From positions 111,522-175,521 of the forward strand of contig CACGVI010000001.1 in assembly GCA_902576605.1 (NCBI GenBank): a stretch of DNA of 64,000 nt, given 5' to 3'. The position numbers were made by a program, and so were the translations under genes. The first letter of the stretch is position 1. Each line of letters starts with the position of its first letter. The DNA comes from an uncultured Candidatus Actinomarina sp. (GTDB lineage Bacteria; Actinomycetota; Acidimicrobiia; Actinomarinales; Actinomarinaceae). Positions 30,297 to 39,803 of this stretch are shown piece after piece. Under the pieces are notes generated by a model. The model had not been told where the DNA came from, ran no database searches, and saw only the letters and a list, made by a program, of their open reading frames with translations.

Positions 30297-31005
30297 TCCA
30301 TTAATTGAAGTGAATGGGTTAGCTTCGGGGTATGTAAAGGGATTAAATATATTACAAGGAGTTGATCTGGTATTAAAAGAAAATGAGGCTGTTTCAATTA
30401 TTGGGCCAAATGGAGCCGGGAAATCAACACTATTAAAAGCAATTATGGGACTCATCCCTATTTTTGGTGGAAAAATTTACTTTAAAGGAAATGAATTATT
30501 TGAAATTAAAAGCCATGAATTAGTTCAAAAAGGAATTGCTTACGTACCACAAGTTTCAAATGTTTTTCAAAGTCTTACGATAGAAGAAAATTTGGAGATG
30601 GGACTGTGGACTACTAAAAATGAACATTCGAATTTATTTGAGGAAATTTATTCAATGTTTCCAATTCTCAAAGAAAAAAGGAAACAAAGAGCCGGAAACT
30701 TGTCTGGGGGACAAAGGCAACTTTTAGCATTGGGCAGGGCTTTAATTTCAAAGCCAGAGGTTTTACTATTAGACGAACCTTCTGCTGGATTATCTCCCAA
30801 AGCTATTGATGAAGTTTTTCATTATATAAAAAGTATAAACAATAGTGGCGTTGGAATACTATTGGTAGAGCAAAATGCAAAAAGAGCATTACGTTTTTGT
30901 AATAGGGGTTATGTTTTAGATCAAGGTAGAAACGCCTATACAGGACAGGGTAAAGATTTATTAGAAGATGAAAAAGTAATTGATTTATATTTAGGTAAAT
31001 TATAA
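30289..31005 (+). CDS. livF: branched-chain amino acid ABC transporter ATP-binding protein (LivF family)
   Basis: GPNGAGKST, LSGGQRQLLALGRAL, LLLDEPSAGLSP. Confidence 0.88.
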   Translation: MNNPLIEVNGLASGYVKGLNILQGVDLVLKENEAVSIIGPNGAGKSTLLKAIMGLIPIFGGKIYFKGNELFEIKSHELVQKGIAYVPQVSNVFQSLTIEENLEMGLWTTKNEHSNLFEEIYSMFPILKEKRKQRAGNLSGGQRQLLALGRALISKPEVLLLDEPSAGLSPKAIDEVFHYIKSINNSGVGILLVEQNAKRALRFCNRGYVLDQGRNAYTGQGKDLLEDEKVIDLYLGKL

Positions 31006-31036
31006 AAAAAGGCCCGAATACATCGGGCCTTTTTTA
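31004..31036. terminator. bidirectional rho-independent terminator between convergent livF and the SBP gene
   Basis: AAAAAAA-GGCCCGA-ATACA-UCGGGCC-UUUUUU: a perfect 7-bp GC-rich stem flanked by A and T runs. Confidence 0.85.
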
Positions 31037-31052
31037 AATTTAATAGCTTGAA

Positions 31053-32348
31053 TTAAGATCCAAAGTCTATTGACTTTATAACCTCTTCTTCATCACCACT
31101 AGTAATTTGCCACACATCGTATGTGCTAGCAGTTGGATCACCTTGTTCATCTAAATTAATATCTCCAGATGCACCTTTGTAATCAATATTTTCACCAGCA
31201 GCAGCTAATGCAAGACATTCAACTCCAATACATGCTGTACCATTGCCTGATGCTTCTACTAATCCAGAAGCAATATCAGCACCTGTTACACCATTTGCAG
31301 CAGCAGATAATGCCATAATCATAATTGCATCATAAGCTTGAGCTGAATAAGGAGCTGGATCTGTACCAAATCTTTCTTGGTAAGCAGCAGTGTATGCGTC
31401 TAAAGCAGCACCTGCTGTAGATCCTGGAGCAGTACCTTTATATCCGTCAAGTGCATTTCCAAGTCCACATTCTGAGCTTAAATTCGCACCACGAACACCA
31501 TCGGTGAAATACCATGGAGTTTCAATAGTTCCTTGCTCAAAAGCAGCTTGTAAAACACCACAACCTGTTGTAGGGAATAATATACCGACTATTGCGTCAG
31601 AATTATTCTTTCCAACTTGTGTTACTTCAGAGGAAAACTCTGTAGCATTTTGATCGTGATAAACAATTGTGTTTACTACTCTTCCTTCATCTTCATCTTC
31701 AAATGCAGAAGCAGTTGCTTCTGCTAAACCTCTACCATATGAGTCAGCTCTTGAAATAATTGAGAGGGACTTAACGCCATCGTCAATAAGCACTTGAGCT
31801 AATACTGCACCTTGTAAAAGATCTGAAGGGGCTGTTCTAGCATAAAATCCACCATTTTTGACTTTAGTGAATTGTGGTGATGTATTTGATGGAGAAACCA
31901 TTACTACACCTGCATCAATAGCAGTTTGCATAATAGCTAATGAGATACCACTAGCAGCGGCTCCCATTACTCCGGCAACTCCTTCACCAATAAGCGTAGC
32001 TAAGCTAGCAGATGCAACATCTGGAGCTGTACCTGAGTCACCTTGTACCCAGACAACATCCTGTCCATTTACTCCACCAGCAGCATTGATTTGCTCTACA
32101 GCAAGAATTGCACCTGATTCAATACCAGGCCCTAGAAAGCCTAAGTCTCCAGTTAATGGCATCAATGTACCAAGAACTAGAGGATCGGCTGTCACAGTAG
32201 CAACAGTGGTTGCGGGTGCTTCAGTTGTAGCAGGTGCTTCAGTTGTTTCAACTTCCGCCTCGTCACTACCTCCGGTACCGCTACCTCCACAGGCTACAGC
32301 AATTAATGCCAAAATCGCAATCAAAGCTAAAGCTTTGCGATTCTTCAT
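31053..32348 (-). CDS. Leu/Ile/Val-type (PBP1) ABC substrate-binding lipoprotein
   Basis: Signal peptide plus lipobox (LIAVAC), a TTEAPATTEAPATT linker, and LGTLMPLTGDLGFLGPG...AVEQINAAGGVNGQ typical of LivJ-like proteins. I chose the ATG at 32348 (AGGAA 7 nt upstream) over 32369. Confidence 0.85.
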   Translation of the reverse strand: MKNRKALALIAILALIAVACGGSGTGGSDEAEVETTEAPATTEAPATTVATVTADPLVLGTLMPLTGDLGFLGPGIESGAILAVEQINAAGGVNGQDVVWVQGDSGTAPDVASASLATLIGEGVAGVMGAAASGISLAIMQTAIDAGVVMVSPSNTSPQFTKVKNGGFYARTAPSDLLQGAVLAQVLIDDGVKSLSIISRADSYGRGLAEATASAFEDEDEGRVVNTIVYHDQNATEFSSEVTQVGKNNSDAIVGILFPTTGCGVLQAAFEQGTIETPWYFTDGVRGANLSSECGLGNALDGYKGTAPGSTAGAALDAYTAAYQERFGTDPAPYSAQAYDAIMIMALSAAANGVTGADIASGLVEASGNGTACIGVECLALAAAGENIDYKGASGDINLDEQGDPTASTYDVWQITSGDEEEVIKSIDFGS

Positions 32349-32375
32349 ATATAATTTCCTTTCAGTCACTGAAAT

Positions 32376-32404
32376 TAAAAAATTCCTACTAATTTGTAGG
32401 AATT
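32376..32404 (-). promoter_or_regulatory. perfect 9-bp inverted repeat / hairpin plus U-run in the SBP gene leader
   Basis: AATTCCTAC-N6-GTAGGAATT. On the minus strand it is followed by TTTTTT, about 25 nt upstream of the start codon. Confidence 0.4.
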
Positions 32405-32475
32405 ATTAAACAATAGCGGATATTTAGTACTATTCAATAGCAGAATTAAATAATTTACAAATAAAATGAATAATA

Positions 32476-33486
32476 ATGAGTGAAATAATTGAAAATTTAC
32501 TAGTTGATTTAGCGAACCAACAATACTTGGACATATTTATGTATATTTTCATGATATATTTTGCTTTTTTAGGATGGAAAAAAGGTGCAGTTTTTCAAAT
32601 ATTTTATTTATTTTCACTTTTAATTGCAGTCTCTTTAAGTTTCCGATATTCAGATGAGATTGGAGCATACATAAGTAGTTGGTTAAATTCAAATTTACAG
32701 TTGTCAGAAGTATTCGGAGGAATAATAATTTTTGTTGCAATATTAACTATTGCATCATTTTTACAAAATTTTTTAAATAATCGTATAAAGAGTTCAGATT
32801 TAGGAAGCAAAGCTTTAGGAGTGGCTATATCATTTTTAGTAAGTAATTTAATTTTGACTTTAATTTTTACTTCAGTCAACATAGTTAATCTCCCAACCTT
32901 ATTTGAAAATTCGATAAAAGAATCAAATCTTGTTAATTTTTATGTAAGTCCTGAAGGTTCGCCACAACAAACTTTAGAAGTAGTTATTGGAACAGATTTA
33001 TTAAAAGTTGTAAACAGGATTAAATATTTAACTGGAAAGTCTTCCGTGGTTGTTGACGATGACGGATGTTTAGAAATTCCAAGATATAATGAATCCAATT
33101 TACAGTCACGACAGGATTTTTCTATTGAGATTTATAACTTACTCTCTCTGGAGAGACAAAATGAAAATGTTGACGGACTAGAGTTAAATCAAATATTGTC
33201 TAATGTTGCACAAGCTTATGCATATGAAATGTATGTTGGAGGTTTTTGGTGTCATCAGAATCCCAATAATGGTGAAAGTGTAAATGAAAGGCTCTCAAAA
33301 GTTGGATTCCCTTTCAAAACTGTTGGGGAAAACTTAGCAATTGCTTCGACTGTTAGATCAGGACATCAAAGCTTAATGCAATCAGATTCACATAGAAGTA
33401 CTATTTTAGATAATGAATTTCGTAGGGTAGGCATTGGAATAGTATCAGGACCTATTGGACTAATAATCGTACAAGTTTTTTCATGA
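32476..33486 (+). CDS. CvpA-family membrane domain fused to a CAP/SCP (YkwD-like) extracellular domain
   Basis: 4 N-terminal TM helices, with a C-terminal ...CHQNPNNGESVNERL...GENLAIAS...GHQSLMQSDSHRSTILDNEFRRVGIGIV matching the bacterial SCP/CAP pattern. Confidence 0.7.
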   Translation: MSEIIENLLVDLANQQYLDIFMYIFMIYFAFLGWKKGAVFQIFYLFSLLIAVSLSFRYSDEIGAYISSWLNSNLQLSEVFGGIIIFVAILTIASFLQNFLNNRIKSSDLGSKALGVAISFLVSNLILTLIFTSVNIVNLPTLFENSIKESNLVNFYVSPEGSPQQTLEVVIGTDLLKVVNRIKYLTGKSSVVVDDDGCLEIPRYNESNLQSRQDFSIEIYNLLSLERQNENVDGLELNQILSNVAQAYAYEMYVGGFWCHQNPNNGESVNERLSKVGFPFKTVGENLAIASTVRSGHQSLMQSDSHRSTILDNEFRRVGIGIVSGPIGLIIVQVFS

Positions 33487-33782
33487 GCAGTATTGATATA
33501 AATTCTTTTGTAGGGACTTTAATTAATGGCTTAAAATTTTATTTAAAAAATGAAAAACTCAAAATCGTAGATTTTGATTTTCAAGCTTTAGAGAATGAAT
33601 TAATTTCTGAATTTTCACTTCCATTTATTGACCAATCACAAACCCCAACTCAATTTTTAAGCGATTTTGTAAAAAATAAATATGGTGTTGAGAAAATTAT
33701 AACGCCACAACATTTAGGAACTGAAGCACATGAACAAATTATGTTGTGGGGCCTTACCAAAGCAAAGAGTTTTAATGACTAA
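33483..33782 (+). CDS. hypothetical protein (99 aa)
   Basis: ATGA overlap with the upstream gene and an 8-nt overlap with the downstream MATE gene. No motif recognised. Confidence 0.45.
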   Translation: MSSIDINSFVGTLINGLKFYLKNEKLKIVDFDFQALENELISEFSLPFIDQSQTPTQFLSDFVKNKYGVEKIITPQHLGTEAHEQIMLWGLTKAKSFND

Positions 33783-35055
33783 TTCTGTTAGAAAAGATAT
33801 ATGGGTTAATTCTTATCCGATATTTCTGTGGCTTGCATTGGAGCCAATAGTAGGATTAATTGATTCAAAAATAGCAAGCATTATAAATATAGATACACTT
33901 TCTGCTATTGGAATTGGTGAAACAATTTATTTTGTTTTTATTTGGGTTTTTATATTTTTAGCATATGGAACAACTCCACTTGTATCATCACTAAATACTA
34001 AAAATGAAATTAATAAATTAAATTATTTTATAAAGTTTGGAAGAAATGTATCTATATTATTGGGTTTAGTTTCATTCTTAATTCTTTATATAACTCATGA
34101 TTATTTAGTTTCTACATTTGAACCAACAAATAAAATTGGGGTTTTGTCATCAAACTATCTAATTTTTAGATGTTTAGGATTACCATTTTATTTAGTCAAC
34201 ATGCATTCAACAGCTGTTTTAAGGGGTCTAAAAATTGCCAAGATTACTTTCTATAGTGCTCTTATAGTGTCAGCTTTTAATATAGTTTTTAGTTTGTTCT
34301 TTGGCTTATTCTTAGGTTTTGGAGCTGCTGGAATTGGTTTTGCAAGTTCACTTTCATTCTTCTGCGCTTCAATTTATTCAACAGTTGTATTAAAAAAGCA
34401 GCAAAATAACTTTTCCCCTACAACTGAAACTGTTAACAAATTTAGTATGAGAAAAAAATTTTTCAATGTAGGTGTTTACATACTTATTCGTTCATTATTC
34501 TTGACTCTTTTTATGGCTTACTTAAGAAATAGGTCTTCTTTAATGTCTATGGAAGAAATTGCTCTTCAACATATTCTTCTGCAGCTTTGGTCTGTTGGTT
34601 ACATTTTTGTAGATGCAATTGCAATAGCCTCGCAAACTTTAATTTCAGAATTAATTTCAAAAAAAGAGAAATACCAAAAATCTATATTACAAAGAGAACT
34701 TATTACTGTAACAACATTAATTTCAATCTTGCTTGCTATATCTACATTTATTTTTCTCGAAGAATTTGTTCAGCTTTTTAGCTCCAGTAGTTTTAATGCA
34801 CTACTCAATACAAATTTGAAACTTATGGTAGCAGCTAGTTTACTTATTGGTTGTTTTGCATTTCTTTGGGATGGAATTTTGTTGGGACTTGATAAGTCAA
34901 AAGAGTTTTCACTATTAACTATAAGCGCATCAATTTCAGGATTTTTGATTTGTAACTATCTATTGAGAATTGACAATACAATAACGACACTTTGGATAAG
35001 TTTGAATGTTAGTTTGATAATTAGAGCAGTGTTAGGTTATTTATACCAAAAATAA
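33775..35055 (+). CDS. MATE-family efflux transporter (DinF-like)
   Basis: 12 TM helices with internal 6+6 symmetry. I prefer the ATG at 33775 (MTNSVRKDIW) over 33730. Confidence 0.75.
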   Translation: MTNSVRKDIWVNSYPIFLWLALEPIVGLIDSKIASIINIDTLSAIGIGETIYFVFIWVFIFLAYGTTPLVSSLNTKNEINKLNYFIKFGRNVSILLGLVSFLILYITHDYLVSTFEPTNKIGVLSSNYLIFRCLGLPFYLVNMHSTAVLRGLKIAKITFYSALIVSAFNIVFSLFFGLFLGFGAAGIGFASSLSFFCASIYSTVVLKKQQNNFSPTTETVNKFSMRKKFFNVGVYILIRSLFLTLFMAYLRNRSSLMSMEEIALQHILLQLWSVGYIFVDAIAIASQTLISELISKKEKYQKSILQRELITVTTLISILLAISTFIFLEEFVQLFSSSSFNALLNTNLKLMVAASLLIGCFAFLWDGILLGLDKSKEFSLLTISASISGFLICNYLLRIDNTITTLWISLNVSLIIRAVLGYLYQK

Positions 35056-35056
35056 T

Positions 35057-35701
35057 TCAGTCTACTGCTTTAAGAATTGGTCTATCAAGATAGTAGCTCA
35101 AAATTTGTAACTCTTGGGAAAGGTCAACAGATCTTATTTGTACATTTGGTACATTTTTGAGAAGTACGGGGGCAAAGTTAAGAATTGATCTTACACCACA
35201 GCCTATTAATTTATCAGCAACGCTCTGAGCATGTTCACCAGGCGTTGCAATTATTCCAATTGCAACATTAAACTTTTCACAATATTTTTCTAAATCACTT
35301 AAAGGTTTTATTACTAATCCTGCAACTTGACTATTAATTTTTTTTGGATCATCATCAAAGAGGCCAACAATTCCAAAACCTTTTTCTCTAAATCCCCCAT
35401 AATGTGCCAAAGCAGAACCTAAATTACCAATTCCAACAATTACAGCACTCCAACCTTCTACAAGGCCAAGTTCAAGTTGTAGTTGATTTCTAAGAGTAGA
35501 TATATCATAACCAACACCTCTTGTTCCTAATGTACCAAGGTAAGATAAATCTCTTCTCACTTGAGCATCATTGACTTTAGCTAACTCAGCTAATTTACTT
35601 GATGAAATACCTATTTCATTGTCACTAACTTGGTCGAGGCATTGGAGGTATAACGGTAATCTTTTTACTGTAGCTGGTGGTATTTTTTTATTTTCTTTCA
35701 C
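35057..35701 (-). CDS. rex: redox-sensing transcriptional repressor Rex
   Basis: Winged-helix N-terminus with TVKRLPLYLQCL, and Rossmann motif VGIGNLGSALA. Confidence 0.9.
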   Translation of the reverse strand: MKENKKIPPATVKRLPLYLQCLDQVSDNEIGISSSKLAELAKVNDAQVRRDLSYLGTLGTRGVGYDISTLRNQLQLELGLVEGWSAVIVGIGNLGSALAHYGGFREKGFGIVGLFDDDPKKINSQVAGLVIKPLSDLEKYCEKFNVAIGIIATPGEHAQSVADKLIGCGVRSILNFAPVLLKNVPNVQIRSVDLSQELQILSYYLDRPILKAVD

Positions 35702-35808
35702 TAATGCACAATCTAACTAGATACTGAAATTATATGTAATTATTTAAGATTATTTATTAGTTTCATTTGGTTTCGTATTAACCGAAATTCAATGTAAGTT
35801 AGTAAAAT

Positions 35809-37074
35809 ATGGAAACAATCCCTATAAATTATGATGTTTTGATAATCGGAGCCGGTCCTGCTGGTGCAAATGCAGCTATTTCTTATAAAAACTTAAACCC
35901 TAACTTAACAGTTGCAATAGTTGATAAAGCAGTATTTCCTAGAGATAAATCGTGTGGGGATGCCATTGGTCCTGGAGTAATTAGTGCATTAAAAAGATTT
36001 AACAATGAACATATTTTAGATGGTGAGCCACAAGTTGTTTCAACAACACTTTACGGTCCAGATAATATCGGCATTCAAAACTATATTCCTGAAGTAAAAA
36101 ATAAGGAAGATTCAATTGTTTATGTTATTCCCCGATTAGACCTAGACAATCGAATATTGAATTTAGCAAAGGAAATTGGAGTTGATGTTTATGAGGGACA
36201 TAGTTTTGTAGACTTTGAATCTAATTTGGACAAAAGTTTAACTGTACGAATTAAGAATGAAAATGAAAACTTAGAATTTTTAACAAAAATTCTTATTGGT
36301 GCTGATGGTGCAAACTCAAGAATTAGAAAAAAATTAAATCATAAAACTAATTCTGATTGGCACAAAGCAATAGCCATACGTGCTTACATTGATAGTCCCA
36401 ACTATTTAGATATATTCAATGAAAGAACTCTTATGTTTGAAATAAATGTTTCGGCTGACAAGGGTTATGCGTGGGCATTTCCAAGTAAGGGTACTCTATT
36501 AAATATTGGAATCGGTGTTCCAGTAAGTATATTTAAAAAAGATAAATTAGATATAAATATATTGCTAGATAATTTTGTCTCTGAGCTTGAAAGTAGGGGA
36601 GTAATTGTAGAAAATATAAGAAAACAAAAATCCTATCTACTTCCATTTGCATCTTCGAGACCAAAACGAGATAAAGATTTAAATATTGCATTAATTGGCG
36701 ATGCAAGCTCTATGATAAATCCGATGAGTGGAGAGGGAATATTCTATGGCATGGAAGCTGGTTATCTTTTAGCTAAAAACACACATGAAGTAATTTATAC
36801 AGAAAAATTAAGCGATGGGATTGACCTATATGAAAAAGAATTCACTAAAAGATTCAGAAGGCACTATCTAAGTTGTGCTTTGGCAAGACTAATTTTACAG
36901 AGTCCGTTTATGACTAAAAGATTGTTAAGAGTTGCTTCAAACGATCAAGATACAATTGACTTTGTTGTGGAATTATTATTTGATGAAGCCTTCCTAACTT
37001 TAAAAGAGGTTTTGAAAATATCATTTAAATTTATAATTCCATCAAAGCTGTTACCACTTAATTCAAAAAACTAA
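35809..37074 (+). CDS. FAD-dependent geranylgeranyl reductase-family oxidoreductase
   Basis: DVLIIGAGPAGANAA, GADGANSRIR, and GDASSMINPMSGEGIFYGMEAG. Confidence 0.8.
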   Translation: METIPINYDVLIIGAGPAGANAAISYKNLNPNLTVAIVDKAVFPRDKSCGDAIGPGVISALKRFNNEHILDGEPQVVSTTLYGPDNIGIQNYIPEVKNKEDSIVYVIPRLDLDNRILNLAKEIGVDVYEGHSFVDFESNLDKSLTVRIKNENENLEFLTKILIGADGANSRIRKKLNHKTNSDWHKAIAIRAYIDSPNYLDIFNERTLMFEINVSADKGYAWAFPSKGTLLNIGIGVPVSIFKKDKLDINILLDNFVSELESRGVIVENIRKQKSYLLPFASSRPKRDKDLNIALIGDASSMINPMSGEGIFYGMEAGYLLAKNTHEVIYTEKLSDGIDLYEKEFTKRFRRHYLSCALARLILQSPFMTKRLLRVASNDQDTIDFVVELLFDEAFLTLKEVLKISFKFIIPSKLLPLNSKN

Positions 37075-37122
37075 ATAGCGAAATAATTTAACATCTCATT
37101 GGTAGTAAAATGAGAGTAGAGC

Positions 37123-37140
37123 TTGTGAAAAATTTCACAA
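37123..37140. promoter_or_regulatory. Rex operator (ROP box) in front of nuoA
   Basis: TTGTGAAAAATTTCACAA exactly matches the TTGTGAA-N4-TTCACAA consensus as I recall it. It lies 14 nt upstream of the nuoA start and just downstream of a TAAAAT -10-like box (37106-37111). Confidence 0.8.
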
Positions 37141-37153
37141 ATATGGAGGGAAC

Positions 37154-37555
37154 ATGTTAGATTGGCTTCCAATACTGGTTATGTTGGTGGTTGCAGTTGG
37201 TTTTGCTTTAGCTTCACTTGGTGCTTCATATATTTTATCGCCAAAAAAAGCAACACCTGAAAAACTTGCACCCTATGAGTGTGGAATTTTTCCAGAAGTT
37301 GAACCGTCTCAAAGGTTTCCAGTTAAGTTTTATATGGTTGCAATGCTTTACATTGTGTTTGACATTGAAATAATATTTTTATTTGCTTGGGCTACAAGAT
37401 TTGATGATCTGGGTTGGTTCGGAATAGCTGCCATATTAATATTCACATTTTTTGTTCTTGAAACTCTTTACTATGTCTGGAAAAAAGGAGTACTAGATTG
37501 GAATATTCCACGTAGAGAGAGATATTTCAAAGAAGATTTGCAGGAGGTAGCATAA
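37154..37555 (+). CDS. nuoA: NADH-quinone oxidoreductase subunit A
   Basis: 3 TM helices, PYECG motif, first gene of a 14-gene cluster. Confidence 0.92.
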   Translation: MLDWLPILVMLVVAVGFALASLGASYILSPKKATPEKLAPYECGIFPEVEPSQRFPVKFYMVAMLYIVFDIEIIFLFAWATRFDDLGWFGIAAILIFTFFVLETLYYVWKKGVLDWNIPRRERYFKEDLQEVA

Positions 37556-38016
37556 TGTATACTCCCGACAATATATTTACAACAACTATAGATAAAGCTG
37601 TCAGATGGTCACGAACTCAGTCAATGTGGCCGGTTACATTTGGACTAGCATGCTGTGCAATTGAAATGATGGCTGCTGGAAGTGCTAAATATGATCTAGC
37701 AAGATATGGTATGGAAGTTTTTAGAGCATCACCCCGTCAAGCAGACTTGATGATTGTAGCTGGAAGAGTATCTCAAAAAATGGCACCTGTTCTAAGACAA
37801 GTTTATGATCAAATGGCTGATCCAAAATGGGTAATCGCTATGGGTGCTTGCTCCTCAACTGGTGGAATGTTCAATAATTATGCTTTAGTTCAGGGTGTAG
37901 ATCACATAGTTCCAGTTGACATTTATGTTCCAGGATGTCCACCGGGACCACAGTCACTTATGCATGGAATTTTAACTTTGCACGACAAAATAATGGATGG
38001 AGAAATAAATAGATGA
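37555..38016 (+). CDS. nuoB: NADH-quinone oxidoreductase subunit B
   Basis: N2 cluster ligands [19 protein letters not shown] and VPGCPP. Confidence 0.95.
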   Translation: MYTPDNIFTTTIDKAVRWSRTQSMWPVTFGLACCAIEMMAAGSAKYDLARYGMEVFRASPRQADLMIVAGRVSQKMAPVLRQVYDQMADPKWVIAMGACSSTGGMFNNYALVQGVDHIVPVDIYVPGCPPGPQSLMHGILTLHDKIMDGEINR

Positions 38017-38426
38017 ACCCTGAAATTATTAATACCACAACAGAAGAATATAAAGAACTAATAGAATCCCTAAAAAAAGATGGATTTGAGATGATGGTAG
38101 ACCTCACAGTAGTTGATTGGTTTAGAAAAAAAGAACCTAGATTTGAAATAGTCGTTCAATTTTTATCAACTTCAAAAAATTCACGTAAGACAATAAAAGT
38201 ATTTGTTAATGATGAAGATTTAACAATACCTTCAATAACTGACATATATCCCAGTTCAAATTTTTATGAAAGAGAAGCCTATGACATGTTCGGTATCGTT
38301 TTTGCAGACCACCCAGACCTAACAAGAATCTTAATGCCTGACGATTGGGAAGGGCATCCACTAAGAAAAAATTATGGATCCGGAAGAATACCTGTCCAGT
38401 TTAAAAATGCTCCAAAGGTTGATTAA
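38013..38426 (+). CDS. nuoC: NADH-quinone oxidoreductase subunit C (short form)
   Basis: [13 protein letters not shown] motif; only 137 aa. Confidence 0.88.
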   Translation: MNPEIINTTTEEYKELIESLKKDGFEMMVDLTVVDWFRKKEPRFEIVVQFLSTSKNSRKTIKVFVNDEDLTIPSITDIYPSSNFYEREAYDMFGIVFADHPDLTRILMPDDWEGHPLRKNYGSGRIPVQFKNAPKVD

Positions 38427-39803
38427 GTGAAAAATAATAAAACTAAAAAAAGTAAGCTCAGTAATTTTAAAAATAAATTAGATTTTTGGGCTACAAACTC
38501 AGAAGAAGGTGGATGGAATATATCTTCAACTGATGAAGGTTCTCAAAAAATGCTTGAAAACGAAAATGAAAAGCAAATAAAAATTCAGACAGGAACAGAC
38601 GTAGTTGATGATTTTGTTATTGATGAAGATACATCTGACGATGAAAGAATGATAGTAAATATGGGACCTCAGCATCCTTCAACCCACGGTGTTTTAAGAC
38701 TTCAGGCAGAGCTTGAAGGAGAGGTTGTAAGACGTGTTAAGCCAATTATTGGATATTTACATACAGGCATGGAAAAAACTGGTGAAGAGTTAAATTATTT
38801 TCAAGGTCCAACTAATACAACAAGAATGGATTATCTTTCCCCCTTATTTAACGAGTTAGTTTTCTCTCTAACAACTGAAAAACTTATTGGTATTGAAGTG
38901 CCTAAAAGAGCAGAAACAATAAGAATTTTGATGACCGAACTTAATAGGGTTTCGTCACATTTAGTTGCCCTTGCGACTGGTGGAATGGATATAGGAGCAT
39001 TATCCATGATGATTTTTGGCTTCAGAGAAAGAGAGTTAATTTTAAATTTCTTTGAAAAAACAACGGGACTAAGAATGAATCATAACTTCATAAGGCCTGG
39101 TGGAGTAGCAGCAGATTTACCTGATGGGTGGCAGAAAGATGTTGAAGAAATTATAAAAATAATTCCAGAAAAACTACAAGATTACGATGACATGCTCCTA
39201 GACAATCCTATTTGGAAAGGAAGATTACAAAATGTTGGAATCCTCACTACAGAGGAGTGTTTTGCTTATGGCGTAACTGGACCAAGCCTAAGAGCATCTG
39301 GTTATTCATGGGATTTAAGGAAATCTCAACCTTATTCGGGAATTGAAAACTATGAATTTGATGTTCCTACTTTAACTGAAGGAGACGTGTTTGCTAGATG
39401 GAGAGTAAAAGTATTAGAAATTTTTGAAAGTCTAAAAATAATTGAACAAGCAATGCACAATATGCCAAAGGGCCCTTATAAAGTACAAGATAAAAAAATT
39501 ACACCACCCCCACGCAAAAGATTAGATGAATCAATGGAAGCTCTCATTCATCATTTTAAAATTTACACAGAAGGCTTTAAAGTTCCAGAGGGCGATGCAT
39601 ATGTTGCCGTTGAATCACCTAGAGGAGAGCTAGGTTGTTATATAGTTTCTGATGGTTCTGCGAAGCCTTATAGAATGCATGTCAGAGGCCCTTCATTTTG
39701 CAACCTTCAAGCACTTCCTGTCATTATGACGGATAGCCCAATTGCAGATGCTGTTGCTGCAATAGCTTCTTTAGATCCTGTGATAGGAGATGTAGATAGA
39801 TGA
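38427..39803 (+). CDS. nuoD: NADH-quinone oxidoreductase subunit D
   Basis: NMGPQHPSTHGVLRL, with a low-complexity N-terminal extension of about 80 aa. GTG start. Confidence 0.93.
   Translation: MKNNKTKKSKLSNFKNKLDFWATNSEEGGWNISSTDEGSQKMLENENEKQIKIQTGTDVVDDFVIDEDTSDDERMIVNMGPQHPSTHGVLRLQAELEGEVVRRVKPIIGYLHTGMEKTGEELNYFQGPTNTTRMDYLSPLFNELVFSLTTEKLIGIEVPKRAETIRILMTELNRVSSHLVALATGGMDIGALSMMIFGFRERELILNFFEKTTGLRMNHNFIRPGGVAADLPDGWQKDVEEIIKIIPEKLQDYDDMLLDNPIWKGRLQNVGILTTEECFAYGVTGPSLRASGYSWDLRKSQPYSGIENYEFDVPTLTEGDVFARWRVKVLEIFESLKIIEQAMHNMPKGPYKVQDKKITPPPRKRLDESMEALIHHFKIYTEGFKVPEGDAYVAVESPRGELGCYIVSDGSAKPYRMHVRGPSFCNLQALPVIMTDSPIADAVAAIASLDPVIGDVDR

Noticed and set aside
29972-30397. 141-aa minus-strand ORF spanning the livG/livF junction
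   Set aside because: It is a shadow ORF; both plus-strand genes have complete ABC ATPase motifs.
31053-32348. Elevated GC content of the SBP genes (also fbpA) as a sign of horizontal transfer
   Set aside because: The shift tracks amino-acid composition (Ala/Gly/Thr-rich exported proteins). It is expected for abundant binding proteins and is not accompanied by mobility genes. It cannot be quantified here without computing GC3 and codon statistics.
31390-32409. Plus-strand ORFs (87 aa and 183 aa) opposite the LIV-type binding protein gene
   Set aside because: They are Ala/Pro/Thr-rich shadow frames produced by the GC-richer, Ala/Gly-rich SBP gene. The minus-strand protein has lipobox and PBP1 motifs.
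35702-35808. Autoregulatory Rex box upstream of rex
   Set aside because: No TGTGAA/TTCACA pair is present. There is only a weak 5-bp hairpin (TTTCG...CGAAA).
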